NCBI GenBank assembly: GCA_019244185.1
Contig: JAFATB010000022.1
Location: 384,001-448,000, forward strand
Length of the DNA stretch: 64,000 nt
Source of the DNA: Acidobacteriota bacterium
Lineage (GTDB): Bacteria > Acidobacteriota > Thermoanaerobaculia > Gp7-AA8
Direction of reading: 5' to 3'
The position numbers and the translations under genes are program-made. The notes under the pieces are model-generated. The model made no database searches, was not told the origin of the DNA, and saw only the letters and a list, made by a program, of their open reading frames with translations. Position 1 is the stretch's first letter, and each line of letters begins with the position of its first letter. Shown piece after piece: positions 19,277 to 28,159 of this stretch.

Positions 19277-19961
19277 CGAGAATCCCGCCGCCGCCGCGCA
19301 CGACGACCGGCGACACCGCGAACGCGACGTTCGTCTTCGCGACCGTATGCCCGACGAACGTGCCGATCGCGGCGCCCGCGACGACGTCCGACGTCCAGTG
19401 CGCGTCGTGGTAGACGCGCGCGAACGCGACTCCGCCGGCGATGCCGTACGCCGCGCGTTTCATCCACGGCCGCGACGCGTGCTCCGCGACGACCGACGCG
19501 AGCGTGAACGCTTCGGCCGCGTGATTCGACGGGAACGACTGGTCGCCGCCGTTTGGCCGCGTACGGTCGGTCAACTGCTTGACCACCGGGACGATCGCGT
19601 GTGACGCGAGGAGACTGGCCACGAACGCGTCGAAGGCGATCGACTTCGCCGTCGCGTTTTTCGCCGCGAGGCCGTAGAGCAGAACGCCGGCGATGACTTT
19701 GTCGGAGTCGCCGCCGCCGAGCGGTTCGACCGCGTCCGCAATGCGGTCGAGCGCCCGCGATTGGTTGTTGCGCGCGATCCGTGCGACCTCGTCGTCGACG
19801 AGCAATGCCGCGCCGGTCGCGGCGACGGCGATCGCGGCGCTCTTCAGCCGCGGGCCGTGCGCGACGGCGACGACGTCGTGCGCCGCGCGTTTCGTGTAGA
19901 GCTTCGCGCTGGCGCAGCCGAAGGTGAGAGAGGCGAGGAGGACGACGGCGAGCGCGCGCAC
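19182..19961 (-). CDS. PAP2-family phosphatase, lipoprotein-like
   Basis: KQLTDRTRP, SFPSNH, ARVYHDAHWTSD; 3' end overlaps the convergent gene. Confidence 0.85.
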   Translation of the reverse strand: MRALAVVLLASLTFGCASAKLYTKRAAHDVVAVAHGPRLKSAAIAVAATGAALLVDDEVARIARNNQSRALDRIADAVEPLGGGDSDKVIAGVLLYGLAAKNATAKSIAFDAFVASLLASHAIVPVVKQLTDRTRPNGGDQSFPSNHAAEAFTLASVVAEHASRPWMKRAAYGIAGGVAFARVYHDAHWTSDVVAGAAIGTFVGHTVAKTNVAFAVSPVVVRGGGGILVTWHPRRASASAPSRAPSAESHRLARTPAAP

Positions 19962-19970
19962 GTCCGTAGT

Positions 19971-20504
19971 CTACGGCTCCGCGAACGCGGCGCGGATGCG
20001 CTCTTTCGGCGGCAGCGGTGGCCACATGCGGAAGACCCGCAGGAGGCGGTGGCCGGTGATCCGCTCGCGGAAGTAGCGCTCGTGCTCCCACTCGACCTCC
20101 GCCATCATCAGCAGCGGCTCGAGCATCGACTCGCGTCCGGCCGCGCGCGCGAGCCGGGCCGCGTCTTCGTACTCGTTCACGTTCCAGCGCTCGAGCCGTC
20201 CCGCGCCGTACATCGGGATGAACCAGCCTCCGATGTGGCAGAGCAGGCCGATCGTGCGGCCGATGCACCAGAACGCGATCTCGCGGCGCATGCTCGGCTT
20301 CGCGCCGAGCTCCGCGAGCAGCCCGCGCACGAGCGCGCGGTGATGCCATTCCTCCGCCTCGATCGTGCGGATGCGCTCGCGCTCATCGGCGCGGCGGACG
20401 CTCTTCCAGTGGCCGCGATAGGCGAAGCCGGCGGCGAGCTCGCCGGAGCAGGCGCTGCGCAGCACGCGAACGAGCTCGGTCGCCGGATCGGGTGCGTTCG
20501 CCAT
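19971..20504 (-). CDS. Ferritin-like di-iron protein (COQ7-like)
   Basis: GELAAGFAYRGH, EEWHH and EWEHE (ExxH) motifs. Confidence 0.7.
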   Translation of the reverse strand: MANAPDPATELVRVLRSACSGELAAGFAYRGHWKSVRRADERERIRTIEAEEWHHRALVRGLLAELGAKPSMRREIAFWCIGRTIGLLCHIGGWFIPMYGAGRLERWNVNEYEDAARLARAAGRESMLEPLLMMAEVEWEHERYFRERITGHRLLRVFRMWPPLPPKERIRAAFAEP

Positions 20505-20560
20505 GCGCCGGTAGTGTACGCGCGGTGAAACTCCTCCCGCGCCGCGACGTAGTGACGCGC

Positions 20561-21796
20561 ATGGTCACGCGCCTGCGTCGTCTGCTCGTGGTGTGCTCGC
20601 TCGTCGTGTCGCTCGCCGCTCCCGTCTTCGCGGACGAGCGCGCGGATCTCTGGAACGCCGATCTGCGCGCGTTGCAGACGCAGCTCGAGGACGTGCATCC
20701 GCGCTTCAGCGGCTGCGGCCTGCCGGCGGAACTACGGCAGGAGTTCGCGGCCGTCGCGGCGAAGGTCAACACGTTGACCGACGCGCAAATCGTGGTCGAG
20801 CTGCAGCGGCTCCTCGCGCGCGTGGGCGACGGGCACACGCTGGTGTGGCCGTTCGGCATGCAACGCGGCGCCTTGCAGCGGCTTCCGCTCGGGCTGTGGC
20901 AGTTCGAGGAAGGTCTCTACGTCGTCCGCGCGGACGACGCGGCGCTCGTCGGGCATCGCGTGACGCGCATCGGCGCGCTCTCCGCCGACGACGCGCTCGC
21001 GAAGCTCGAGCCGTTCATCAGCCACGACAACGAGCAGCAGTTCCGCTGGGCAGCGCCGCTCTATCTGACGTTCACCGACTTCCTCGTCGCCATCGGCGCG
21101 ACCTCCGATCGCAACGCCGTCGCGCTGCAGCTCGACGACGGACGCGACGTGCAACTGGCGTCGGTGCCCGTCCGCGCGCAGGATCTCGAGACGAAGCTCA
21201 CCGCTCCGCCCGCGCCGTTCGTCGCGGCGCCGTATCTCGCGCGTCGCGACGAGAAGTTCCGCAGCCAGACGCTCGCGTCGGGCGCGCTGTACGTGCAGGT
21301 CAACGCGATCGACGACGACGGCCCGCGCACGCTCGACGCCTTCGCGCGCGAGCTGCGGCCGCTGCTCGCGAAAACGGATCGCGCGATCCTCGACCTGCGT
21401 CTCGACAACGGCGGAGAGGCGAGCAAGGCCAACGAGCTGCTCGAGTCGCTCATCGCGTTCGACGTTCGCGGCGGACATATCGCGGTGCTCACGAGCCGCA
21501 TGACCTTCTCCGCCGCGCAGACGCTCGCCACGCGGCTCGACGAATGGACGAACGCGATCTTCATCGGCGAGGCCACCGGCTCGCGGCCGAATCACTACGG
21601 CAACGAGCGGCCGTTTCGTCTGCCGGGTTCCGGCGTGCGCGGCACGATCTCGTCAGGCTTCAACCAGCCCGTCACCGCGCGCGACGAGCGGACCACGATC
21701 GCGCCCGACGTGGCGGTCCCGATGCGCGCGGCCGATTACTTCCGCGGCGCCGATCCGGTGCTCGCCGCGGCGTCGCACGCATTAAGCCGGCGCTAA
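20561..21796 (+). CDS. Secreted peptidase S41-like protein
   Basis: Signal peptide; DGHT, ILDLRLDNGG, TFSAA, FIGEATG, IAPD. Confidence 0.8.
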   Translation: MVTRLRRLLVVCSLVVSLAAPVFADERADLWNADLRALQTQLEDVHPRFSGCGLPAELRQEFAAVAAKVNTLTDAQIVVELQRLLARVGDGHTLVWPFGMQRGALQRLPLGLWQFEEGLYVVRADDAALVGHRVTRIGALSADDALAKLEPFISHDNEQQFRWAAPLYLTFTDFLVAIGATSDRNAVALQLDDGRDVQLASVPVRAQDLETKLTAPPAPFVAAPYLARRDEKFRSQTLASGALYVQVNAIDDDGPRTLDAFARELRPLLAKTDRAILDLRLDNGGEASKANELLESLIAFDVRGGHIAVLTSRMTFSAAQTLATRLDEWTNAIFIGEATGSRPNHYGNERPFRLPGSGVRGTISSGFNQPVTARDERTTIAPDVAVPMRAADYFRGADPVLAAASHALSRR

Positions 21797-22485
21797 GCCG
21801 CTTCCTCGTTCCGCTGATCGCTGGTGATGCGGCCGTCGCGGATCTCGACGATGCGGCTGGCGCGTTTCGCGAGCGCGGGATCGTGCGTGATGATCACGAG
21901 CGTGCGTCCCGCTTTCCAGAGGTCCGTGAAGATCGACATGATGTCCGTGCCGGAGCTCGTGTCGAGGTTTCCGGTCGGCTCGTCGGCGAGGATGATGTCG
22001 GGATTCATCGCCAGCGCGCGCGCGATGGCGACGCGCTGCATCTGGCCGCCGGAGAGCTCGGTCGGCTTGTGATCGAGGCGCTCGCCGAGGCCGACGCGCG
22101 TCAGCAGCTCGACGGCGCGGTCGCGGCGCTCGCGCACGGCGACGCCGCCGAAGAGCATCGGCAGCTCCACGTTCTCGACGATGGTGATGTGCGGCAGCAG
22201 GTTGAAGTTCTGGAAGACGAATCCGACGCGGCGGTTGCGGATCTCGGCGAGCTGGTCGCGCGTGACGCCGGCCACGTTATCGCCGCCGATCTCGTAGATC
22301 CCTTCGCTCGGCGTGTCGAGGCAGCCGATGAGGTTCATCAGCGTCGATTTGCCGGAGCCGGACGGGCCGACGATGGCCACGAGCTCGCCGGCATCGACGT
22401 CGAGGTCGATGCCTTTGAGTGCTTCCACCTTCACCTTGCCGGTGTCGTAGATCTTGCGGATGCCTTCCATGCGGATGATGGACAT
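21793..22485 (-). CDS. ABC transporter ATP-binding protein (MacB/LolD type)
   Basis: GPSGSGKST, LSGGQMQRVAIARAL, ILADEPTGNLD. Confidence 0.95.
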   Translation of the reverse strand: MSIIRMEGIRKIYDTGKVKVEALKGIDLDVDAGELVAIVGPSGSGKSTLMNLIGCLDTPSEGIYEIGGDNVAGVTRDQLAEIRNRRVGFVFQNFNLLPHITIVENVELPMLFGGVAVRERRDRAVELLTRVGLGERLDHKPTELSGGQMQRVAIARALAMNPDIILADEPTGNLDTSSGTDIMSIFTDLWKAGRTLVIITHDPALAKRASRIVEIRDGRITSDQRNEEAA

Positions 22486-22493
22486 CGGTTCTC

Positions 22494-23750
22494 CTATTCG
22501 TACCGCAGGGTCGCGGCGGGATCGATGCGCGCGGCGCGGCGGGCGGGGAAGTAGCCGGCCAGCAGGCCGATCACGCCGAGGATCGCCGACGTGGCGACGC
22601 CGATCTCCGGCGAGAGGGTCGGACGTCCGAGGAACGACATGACCTCGTTCTTCTCGATCGGCAGGAACGTCGCGGCGGCGACGAGCAGCGTGGCGATGCA
22701 GATGCCGAGCGCGCCGCCGATGAACGTGTAGACCACGCCTTCGAGCACGAACGGCCAGATGATCCAGCGCGCTTTCGCGCCAAGGGCCATCTTCACGCCG
22801 ATCTCGCGCGTGCGTTCCTTCACCACGGCGTACATGATGTTCGCCACGCCGACGCCGCCGATGACGAGCGTGAGCGCGCCGACGATGCCGAGGAACATCT
22901 GGATGCCGACGAGGATCATCATGGTCTGCTTCGAGCTCTTGACCATGTCCCACGTGCCGAAGGCGCGGTCGTCGGTCGGATCGTAGCCGTACTTCTTGCC
23001 GAGGATCTCGTTGAGGCGTTTCAGCGCGCCGGCCATCTCTTCCGGCTTGTACGTCTCGATGACGAGCACGTTGACCTTGTCGCGGCCGAACTGCGCCTTC
23101 CAGGTCGTGTACGGAATGAGGGCCGAGTTTTTATCCGGACCGCCGTAAACGCCCATCTGCGTCTTTTTCTGCATGACGCCGATGACGACGTACGGCGCGT
23201 TGTTGACGAGAATGGTCTTGCCGACCGGATCTTCCTTGCCGAAGAGGTCCTGCGCCATCTCGTCGCCGAGGAAGATCACGCGGCGGCGCTGCTCCTCGTC
23301 CGCGGCGTTGATCCAGCGTCCGCCGCGCATCGGATAGTGCACGCGGCTCTCGCCGTACGAGCGCTGCGCGCCGATGACGCGGCCGTTGATGGTCTTGCGG
23401 CCGTACTGCAGCGCGGTGCGCCACGAGGTGAGCTCGCCGTGCGCGCTCTTGAGCTCCGGCATCTGCGCGCGGATGAGATCGACGTCGTCGATGCGCGGGC
23501 GGATCGGGCGTCCCGGCGGCATGCCCTGCCACGACTTCGACGTCTCGCCCGGCCACATCACGGCGAGATTCTCGCCGGTCGAGCGGCGGTTCTTGTCCAT
23601 CTGCCGCTTCAGTCCTTCGCCGAACGCGAGGAGGAGCAGGATCGCGACCGTGCCCCACGCGATCGCGGCGATGGTGAGGAAGGCGCGCTTCTTCTGCAGC
23701 TGGCTGGCGCTGGCGAAGAGCGTGGCGATGACGTGCAGGTCGTTGTTCAT
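22494..23750 (-). CDS. ABC permease (MacB/FtsX family)
   Basis: N-terminal TM, periplasmic domain, GVANIM...ERTREIG, YFPARRAARIDP. Confidence 0.92.
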   Translation of the reverse strand: MNNDLHVIATLFASASQLQKKRAFLTIAAIAWGTVAILLLLAFGEGLKRQMDKNRRSTGENLAVMWPGETSKSWQGMPPGRPIRPRIDDVDLIRAQMPELKSAHGELTSWRTALQYGRKTINGRVIGAQRSYGESRVHYPMRGGRWINAADEEQRRRVIFLGDEMAQDLFGKEDPVGKTILVNNAPYVVIGVMQKKTQMGVYGGPDKNSALIPYTTWKAQFGRDKVNVLVIETYKPEEMAGALKRLNEILGKKYGYDPTDDRAFGTWDMVKSSKQTMMILVGIQMFLGIVGALTLVIGGVGVANIMYAVVKERTREIGVKMALGAKARWIIWPFVLEGVVYTFIGGALGICIATLLVAAATFLPIEKNEVMSFLGRPTLSPEIGVATSAILGVIGLLAGYFPARRAARIDPAATLRYE

Positions 23751-23762
23751 GGTGGCGGCGCC

Positions 23763-24992
23763 TCAGAGTTTCATGGCAACAACCGGATCGAGACGCGACG
23801 CTTCTTTCGCGGGGAAGTATCCCGCGACGAGGCCGACGATGCCGAGCGCGAGCGCGGTGAAGAGTGCGACGACCGGCGAGACTTCCGGCTTGCCGACGTA
23901 TTCGTAGAGCTGCGCCGGGAACACCGCGCAGACGCCGAGCGAGATGGCGAAGCCGATCGCGCCGCCGAAGATCGTGACCAGCAGCGTCTCGATGAGGAAC
24001 TGCGTGAGGATCCAGCGCGACTTCGCGCCGAGGGCCATCTTGATGCCGATCTCGCGCGTGCGCTCCTCGACCACGACGTTCATGATGTTCGACACGCCGA
24101 TGCCGCCGACGATCAGCGTGAGCACGCCGACCAATCCGAGGAAGCCGTTGAAGGCGAGCATGAAGATGTCGAAGAAGTGGAACTGCTCGGTCGTGTCCCA
24201 CATCGACAGCGCTTCCTTGTCCTCGGGGTCGAAGCGCAGGCGCTTGCCGAACGCCGCGCTGATGTCCTTGATCACCTGCTTCGTCTCGCCCGAGCTCGCG
24301 GCCTGGAAGATCATGTTGTCGACGTACTTGTCGCCGTTGAGCGCGCGGAACGTCGATGACGGGATGAACGCCTTCTCCGCGTCGGGTCCGCTGTAGTTCG
24401 AGTCCTGCGGCTTCTTGATGAGAACGCCGATCACCTGGAACGGCGACTGGTTGAGGAGCACCGTTTTGCCGATCGGGTCGGCGTCGCCGAAGATGTTCGT
24501 CTTGAGGCGGTCGCCGAGGAACATGACGCGGCGCTGGTCGTGGTCGTCGAGCTCGTTGATGAAGCGGCCGCCCGACTGCGGGATCTCGTTGCGCATCGCG
24601 CCGAATTCGGCGGTGACGCCGGAGATGTCGACCGACATCGTCTTCGCGGCGTAGTCGAGCTTCATGTTCGTCTCGTACTCGCCGGAGATCGCCTTGAGGC
24701 CGCGCACCTGCGTGCGCACCGCGGCGATGTCGTCTTCGTTGATGCGCAGCCGCCGTCCCTTGCCGAGGCCCTCGTACGGAATCGAGGTGAGGCCCGGCCA
24801 GGCGATCACGATGCGGTCGCCGAGTCCCGCGGTCTGCTTGATGAGGTTCTTGTGCAGACCGGTGCCGAAGGCGAGCATCAGGCTGATGGCGACGGTGCCC
24901 CACACGATCCCGAAGATGGTGAGGAACGTGCGCAACTTCTCGTTGCGCACGTCGCGGATCAGCTGGCGGAAGACGTCTTTGAAGGTGACCAT
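23763..24992 (-). CDS. ABC permease (MacB/FtsX family)
   Basis: GVSNIM...ERTREIGIKMALGA, YFPAKEASRLDP. Confidence 0.92.
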   Translation of the reverse strand: MVTFKDVFRQLIRDVRNEKLRTFLTIFGIVWGTVAISLMLAFGTGLHKNLIKQTAGLGDRIVIAWPGLTSIPYEGLGKGRRLRINEDDIAAVRTQVRGLKAISGEYETNMKLDYAAKTMSVDISGVTAEFGAMRNEIPQSGGRFINELDDHDQRRVMFLGDRLKTNIFGDADPIGKTVLLNQSPFQVIGVLIKKPQDSNYSGPDAEKAFIPSSTFRALNGDKYVDNMIFQAASSGETKQVIKDISAAFGKRLRFDPEDKEALSMWDTTEQFHFFDIFMLAFNGFLGLVGVLTLIVGGIGVSNIMNVVVEERTREIGIKMALGAKSRWILTQFLIETLLVTIFGGAIGFAISLGVCAVFPAQLYEYVGKPEVSPVVALFTALALGIVGLVAGYFPAKEASRLDPVVAMKL

Positions 24993-24996
24993 GGTC

Positions 24997-26100
24997 CTAC
25001 GAGATTTCTTTCGGCGGACGCTCGACGACCTTGTCGCCTTTCTTGAGACCGGAGAGGATCTCGATGTTCAGACCGTCGGAGATACCGGTCTTGATCTCGA
25101 CCTTCTTCGGCTCGATCTTCGGATCGCCGCTCGGCAGCTCGACGAATGCCTTCTTGCCGCCGTCGTCGAACGAGACCAGGCGTTCCGGCAGCACGAGCAC
25201 GTCTTTCTTCTCGCGGATGATGACGTCGGCGTTCGCGGAGTAGCCGGCGCGCAGCGTGATCTTCTGGCCCGCATCGAGCTCGATCTCGACGTCGAAGAGC
25301 GTGGCGCCTTCCTTCTGCTGCGCCTGCGGCGCGATGCGCGAGACCCTGCCGGTGACGACGTCGGTCGGCAGCGCGCCGACTTTGATGCGCGTGGTCATGC
25401 CCACCGAGAGCTTGCCGACGTCGATCTCGTCGACGGTGCCTTTGAAGATGAGGTCGGACATATCGGCGATGGTGGCCATCTCGGTGCCCGGTTGGTACGA
25501 GGTGAGCGGGACGATCGGATCGCCTTCGTTGACCGAGCGGCTGAGCACCGTGCCGGCGGCCGGCGCGCGGATGATGGATTCCTGTCCGCCGGTGGAGGCG
25601 AGGCGTCCTTTGCGCGTGAGCTCGCGGTTCTGCTGCGCGCGCGTCAGCGCCACGCGCGCGAGCTCGTACGCTTCTTTCTTCTGATCGACGTCCGACTTCG
25701 GCAGGACGCCGTTGCGCGAGAGCTCCGTCGCCCGCTGATAGTCGCTCTCCGCGCGCCGGAACGACGCCTCGGCCGAATCGACCGAGCGATCGACTTCCGT
25801 CACCTCGAGCGGCGTCGGATCGGCCGCGATCTCGAACAGCGCATCGCCGGCTTTCACCGTGTCGCCGACCTGGACGAGCGTGCGCCGCACGATCCCCGAG
25901 ATCTTCGACTTCACCTGGAACTTCTGCCGCGGCTGGATCTGTCCGACGGCGACCGCCTTCTCGACGATCGTTCCCTGCGTGACCTCGACCTGCTTGAGGC
26001 CGCCGTCTTTCTTCTGGCTGCTGCGGACGTACGCGTACGCGCCGGCGCTGAGCGCCGCGAGGATGATCAGCAGCAGCAGGATCTTCCAAAGTCTCGACAT
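24997..26100 (-). CDS. Efflux periplasmic adaptor subunit (MacA-like)
   Basis: Membrane anchor, VKSKISG..VQVGDTVKAGD, IRAPAAGTV, VDEIDV. Confidence 0.92.
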   Translation of the reverse strand: MSRLWKILLLLIILAALSAGAYAYVRSSQKKDGGLKQVEVTQGTIVEKAVAVGQIQPRQKFQVKSKISGIVRRTLVQVGDTVKAGDALFEIAADPTPLEVTEVDRSVDSAEASFRRAESDYQRATELSRNGVLPKSDVDQKKEAYELARVALTRAQQNRELTRKGRLASTGGQESIIRAPAAGTVLSRSVNEGDPIVPLTSYQPGTEMATIADMSDLIFKGTVDEIDVGKLSVGMTTRIKVGALPTDVVTGRVSRIAPQAQQKEGATLFDVEIELDAGQKITLRAGYSANADVIIREKKDVLVLPERLVSFDDGGKKAFVELPSGDPKIEPKKVEIKTGISDGLNIEILSGLKKGDKVVERPPKEIS

Positions 26101-26126
26101 GACGTAGCTCTCCTGATGATGTGGAG

Positions 26127-26153
26127 TTACGCCAGTTGAGACGAAAGGTTGCA
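26127..26153 (-). promoter_or_regulatory. ECF-sigma-type promoter of the exporter operon
   Basis: TGCAAC-N16-CGTAA on - strand, similar to the SigW-type TGAAAC-N16-CGTA consensus. Confidence 0.55.
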
Positions 26154-26178
26154 GCAGAAGGTTAGGAGGCGCAGGCCG

Positions 26179-26913
26179 TCATGCGCCTTTCACCCCAAAC
26201 CTCTCGAGGTTCGCGCGGCACCGGCGGCTCACCGGCAATTCCGCGCCGCCGCGCAGGATGACCTGCGCGCGTCCGAAGAAGTCGCGGATCTCGCGGATGG
26301 CGTCGATCTGCACGAGCGCGCGGCGGTGGATGCGCACGAAGCGGCGCGGATCGAGACGTTGCTCGAAGGACTGCAGCGTCCCGCGATGGACGTACTTTGC
26401 GCCGCCGGCGTGCACGGCGACGTAATTGCCGATCGACTCGACCCAGTCGATGGCGGCGGTGCGGATGAAGAGCGCGCGCTCGTCGTGGCGGACGAGGAGG
26501 CGATCTGCAAACGGGGCAGGCCGGCTCGGCGCGGCGCCGGTTTCGTCCGCGCGCCGCAAGTTGCGGCGGATGCGCGCGAGCGTCTCGGCGAAGCGGCGGT
26601 CGTCGATCGGCTTGAGGACGTAGTCGAGCGCCGCGCGATCGAAGGCGTCGATCGCGTACGCGTCGTACGCGGTGACGAAGACGGTGAGCGGCATCTCGTC
26701 GATCCCGACGGCCTCCACGACTTCGAGGCCGCTCATCTCCGGCATCTGCACGTCGAGGAACACGACGTCGGGTTGCACGCGCTCGATCGCCGTCACGGCC
26801 TCGCGTCCGTCGCTGCATTCGCCGGCGATCAAGACGTCGTTCTCGCGGGAGAGCAGCTGCACGAGGCGCAGGCGCGCGAGCGGCTCGTCGTCGACGATGA
26901 GGACGCGCATCAT
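26179..26913 (-). CDS. LytTR-family response regulator
   Basis: VDDE, LDVQMP, FVTAYD, LKP receiver plus FVRIHR...VSR LytTR domain. Confidence 0.95.
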   Translation of the reverse strand: MMRVLIVDDEPLARLRLVQLLSRENDVLIAGECSDGREAVTAIERVQPDVVFLDVQMPEMSGLEVVEAVGIDEMPLTVFVTAYDAYAIDAFDRAALDYVLKPIDDRRFAETLARIRRNLRRADETGAAPSRPAPFADRLLVRHDERALFIRTAAIDWVESIGNYVAVHAGGAKYVHRGTLQSFEQRLDPRRFVRIHRRALVQIDAIREIRDFFGRAQVILRGGAELPVSRRCRANLERFGVKGA

Positions 26914-27986
26914 CCGCGCTCCTTCGCGAAGTGCAGCGGCACTTCAATCCGCGCCACGACGCCGCTCGGCTCGCGGTTGCGCAGCTCGAACGCGTACGCG
27001 TCGCCGTAGAGATGCTCGAGACGCGCGACGGTGTTGCGGATGCCGATGCCGCCGCGCCGCGGCTCGTCGCGCAGGCCGCGCCCGTCGTCTTCGACGCGGA
27101 TCGCGAGCCGCTCGCCGTGCGGCGCGACGGAAACGTGCACCGAGCCGCCGCCGCGCGCCGCGGCGATGCCGTGGCGGATCGCGTTCTCGACGAGCGGCTG
27201 CAGGATGAAGCGCGGCACGAGCGCGCGGCGGACGACGGCGTCGATGTCGATGTCGACGCGCAGGCGCTCGCCGAGGCGCGCCTGTTCGACGGCGAGGTAA
27301 TCGCGCAGCAGCTCCTCCTCGCGCGCGACCGTCGTCTCCGCGGCGCCGCTGTCGTCGAGAAACGCGCGCAGGAGATTGGCGAGGCCGAGGAGCATGCGAT
27401 GCGCGGCGTCGACGTCCTGATGCATCAGCGCGGAGATCCCGTTGAGCGCGTTGAAGAGGAAATGCGGCTGCATCTGGTTCTGCAACGCGAGCAGCCGCGC
27501 CTCGCCGAGCTGGCGTTCGCGCTCGGCCGCGGCCTCGCGCTGCGCGCGCTCGCGTACGGTGACCTCGTGGACGATGACCAGCGCGAAGTAGGTGATGACG
27601 TTCGCGAAGAACGTGCGGCCGATCAGCGAGGAGATCCCCTCGGCGACCGCCGCGAGCGTCCACTGGCCGTGAATGAGCGGCTGATCGAGCGTCGCGCGCA
27701 CGACGATCTGGATGAGCGCGACGGCGACCGCCGCCGGCACGTGCACGGCGTACGACGACGCGCGACCGAGGCGGAAGCGCTGCGCGAGCGCGAAAACCGG
27801 CGCGAGCAGGAGCAGCCACGGTGCCCAGTGCGCGGTCGACTCCGCGAGCTCGGTGAGCCACGGCGCGCGGTCGCCGCGACTGTGGAGGAAGACGACGAGG
27901 TGGACGGCATACAGAACGGTTGCCGCCGCGAAGATCGTCGCGATCAGCGTGGCGGACGGGCCGCCGCGTCGCCGAGGTAGCGGCAT
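26910..27986 (-). CDS. LytS/YehU-type sensor histidine kinase
   Basis: TM N-terminus, QMQPHFLFNALN, LQPLVENAIRHG, GIGIRN; start uncertain (27986 or 28022). Confidence 0.92.
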   Translation of the reverse strand: MPLPRRRGGPSATLIATIFAAATVLYAVHLVVFLHSRGDRAPWLTELAESTAHWAPWLLLLAPVFALAQRFRLGRASSYAVHVPAAVAVALIQIVVRATLDQPLIHGQWTLAAVAEGISSLIGRTFFANVITYFALVIVHEVTVRERAQREAAAERERQLGEARLLALQNQMQPHFLFNALNGISALMHQDVDAAHRMLLGLANLLRAFLDDSGAAETTVAREEELLRDYLAVEQARLGERLRVDIDIDAVVRRALVPRFILQPLVENAIRHGIAAARGGGSVHVSVAPHGERLAIRVEDDGRGLRDEPRRGGIGIRNTVARLEHLYGDAYAFELRNREPSGVVARIEVPLHFAKERG

Positions 27987-28029
27987 GCGCTCACTATGCC
28001 GCGCGGCGGGGGAGACGTCCATGTGGCGG

Positions 28030-28116
28030 TGATGAGCGGTCGTGACGCATGACGAACGGCGCGCGCCGTTCGTCACGCGCTTTCGCCGCTCGTTGCGCGA
28101 TCGGACCGTTCGTCAC
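28030..28116. promoter_or_regulatory. 20-bp-phased direct repeats, candidate LytTR binding sites
   Basis: CCG(T/C)TCGT at 28066, 28086, 28106 on + strand; related copies at 28050-28059 and 28030-28039 on - strand. Confidence 0.7.
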
Positions 28117-28159
28117 CGTTCGCGCGACGCGTGCGCGGCTGCCGCGTACGTTGGTGCCG

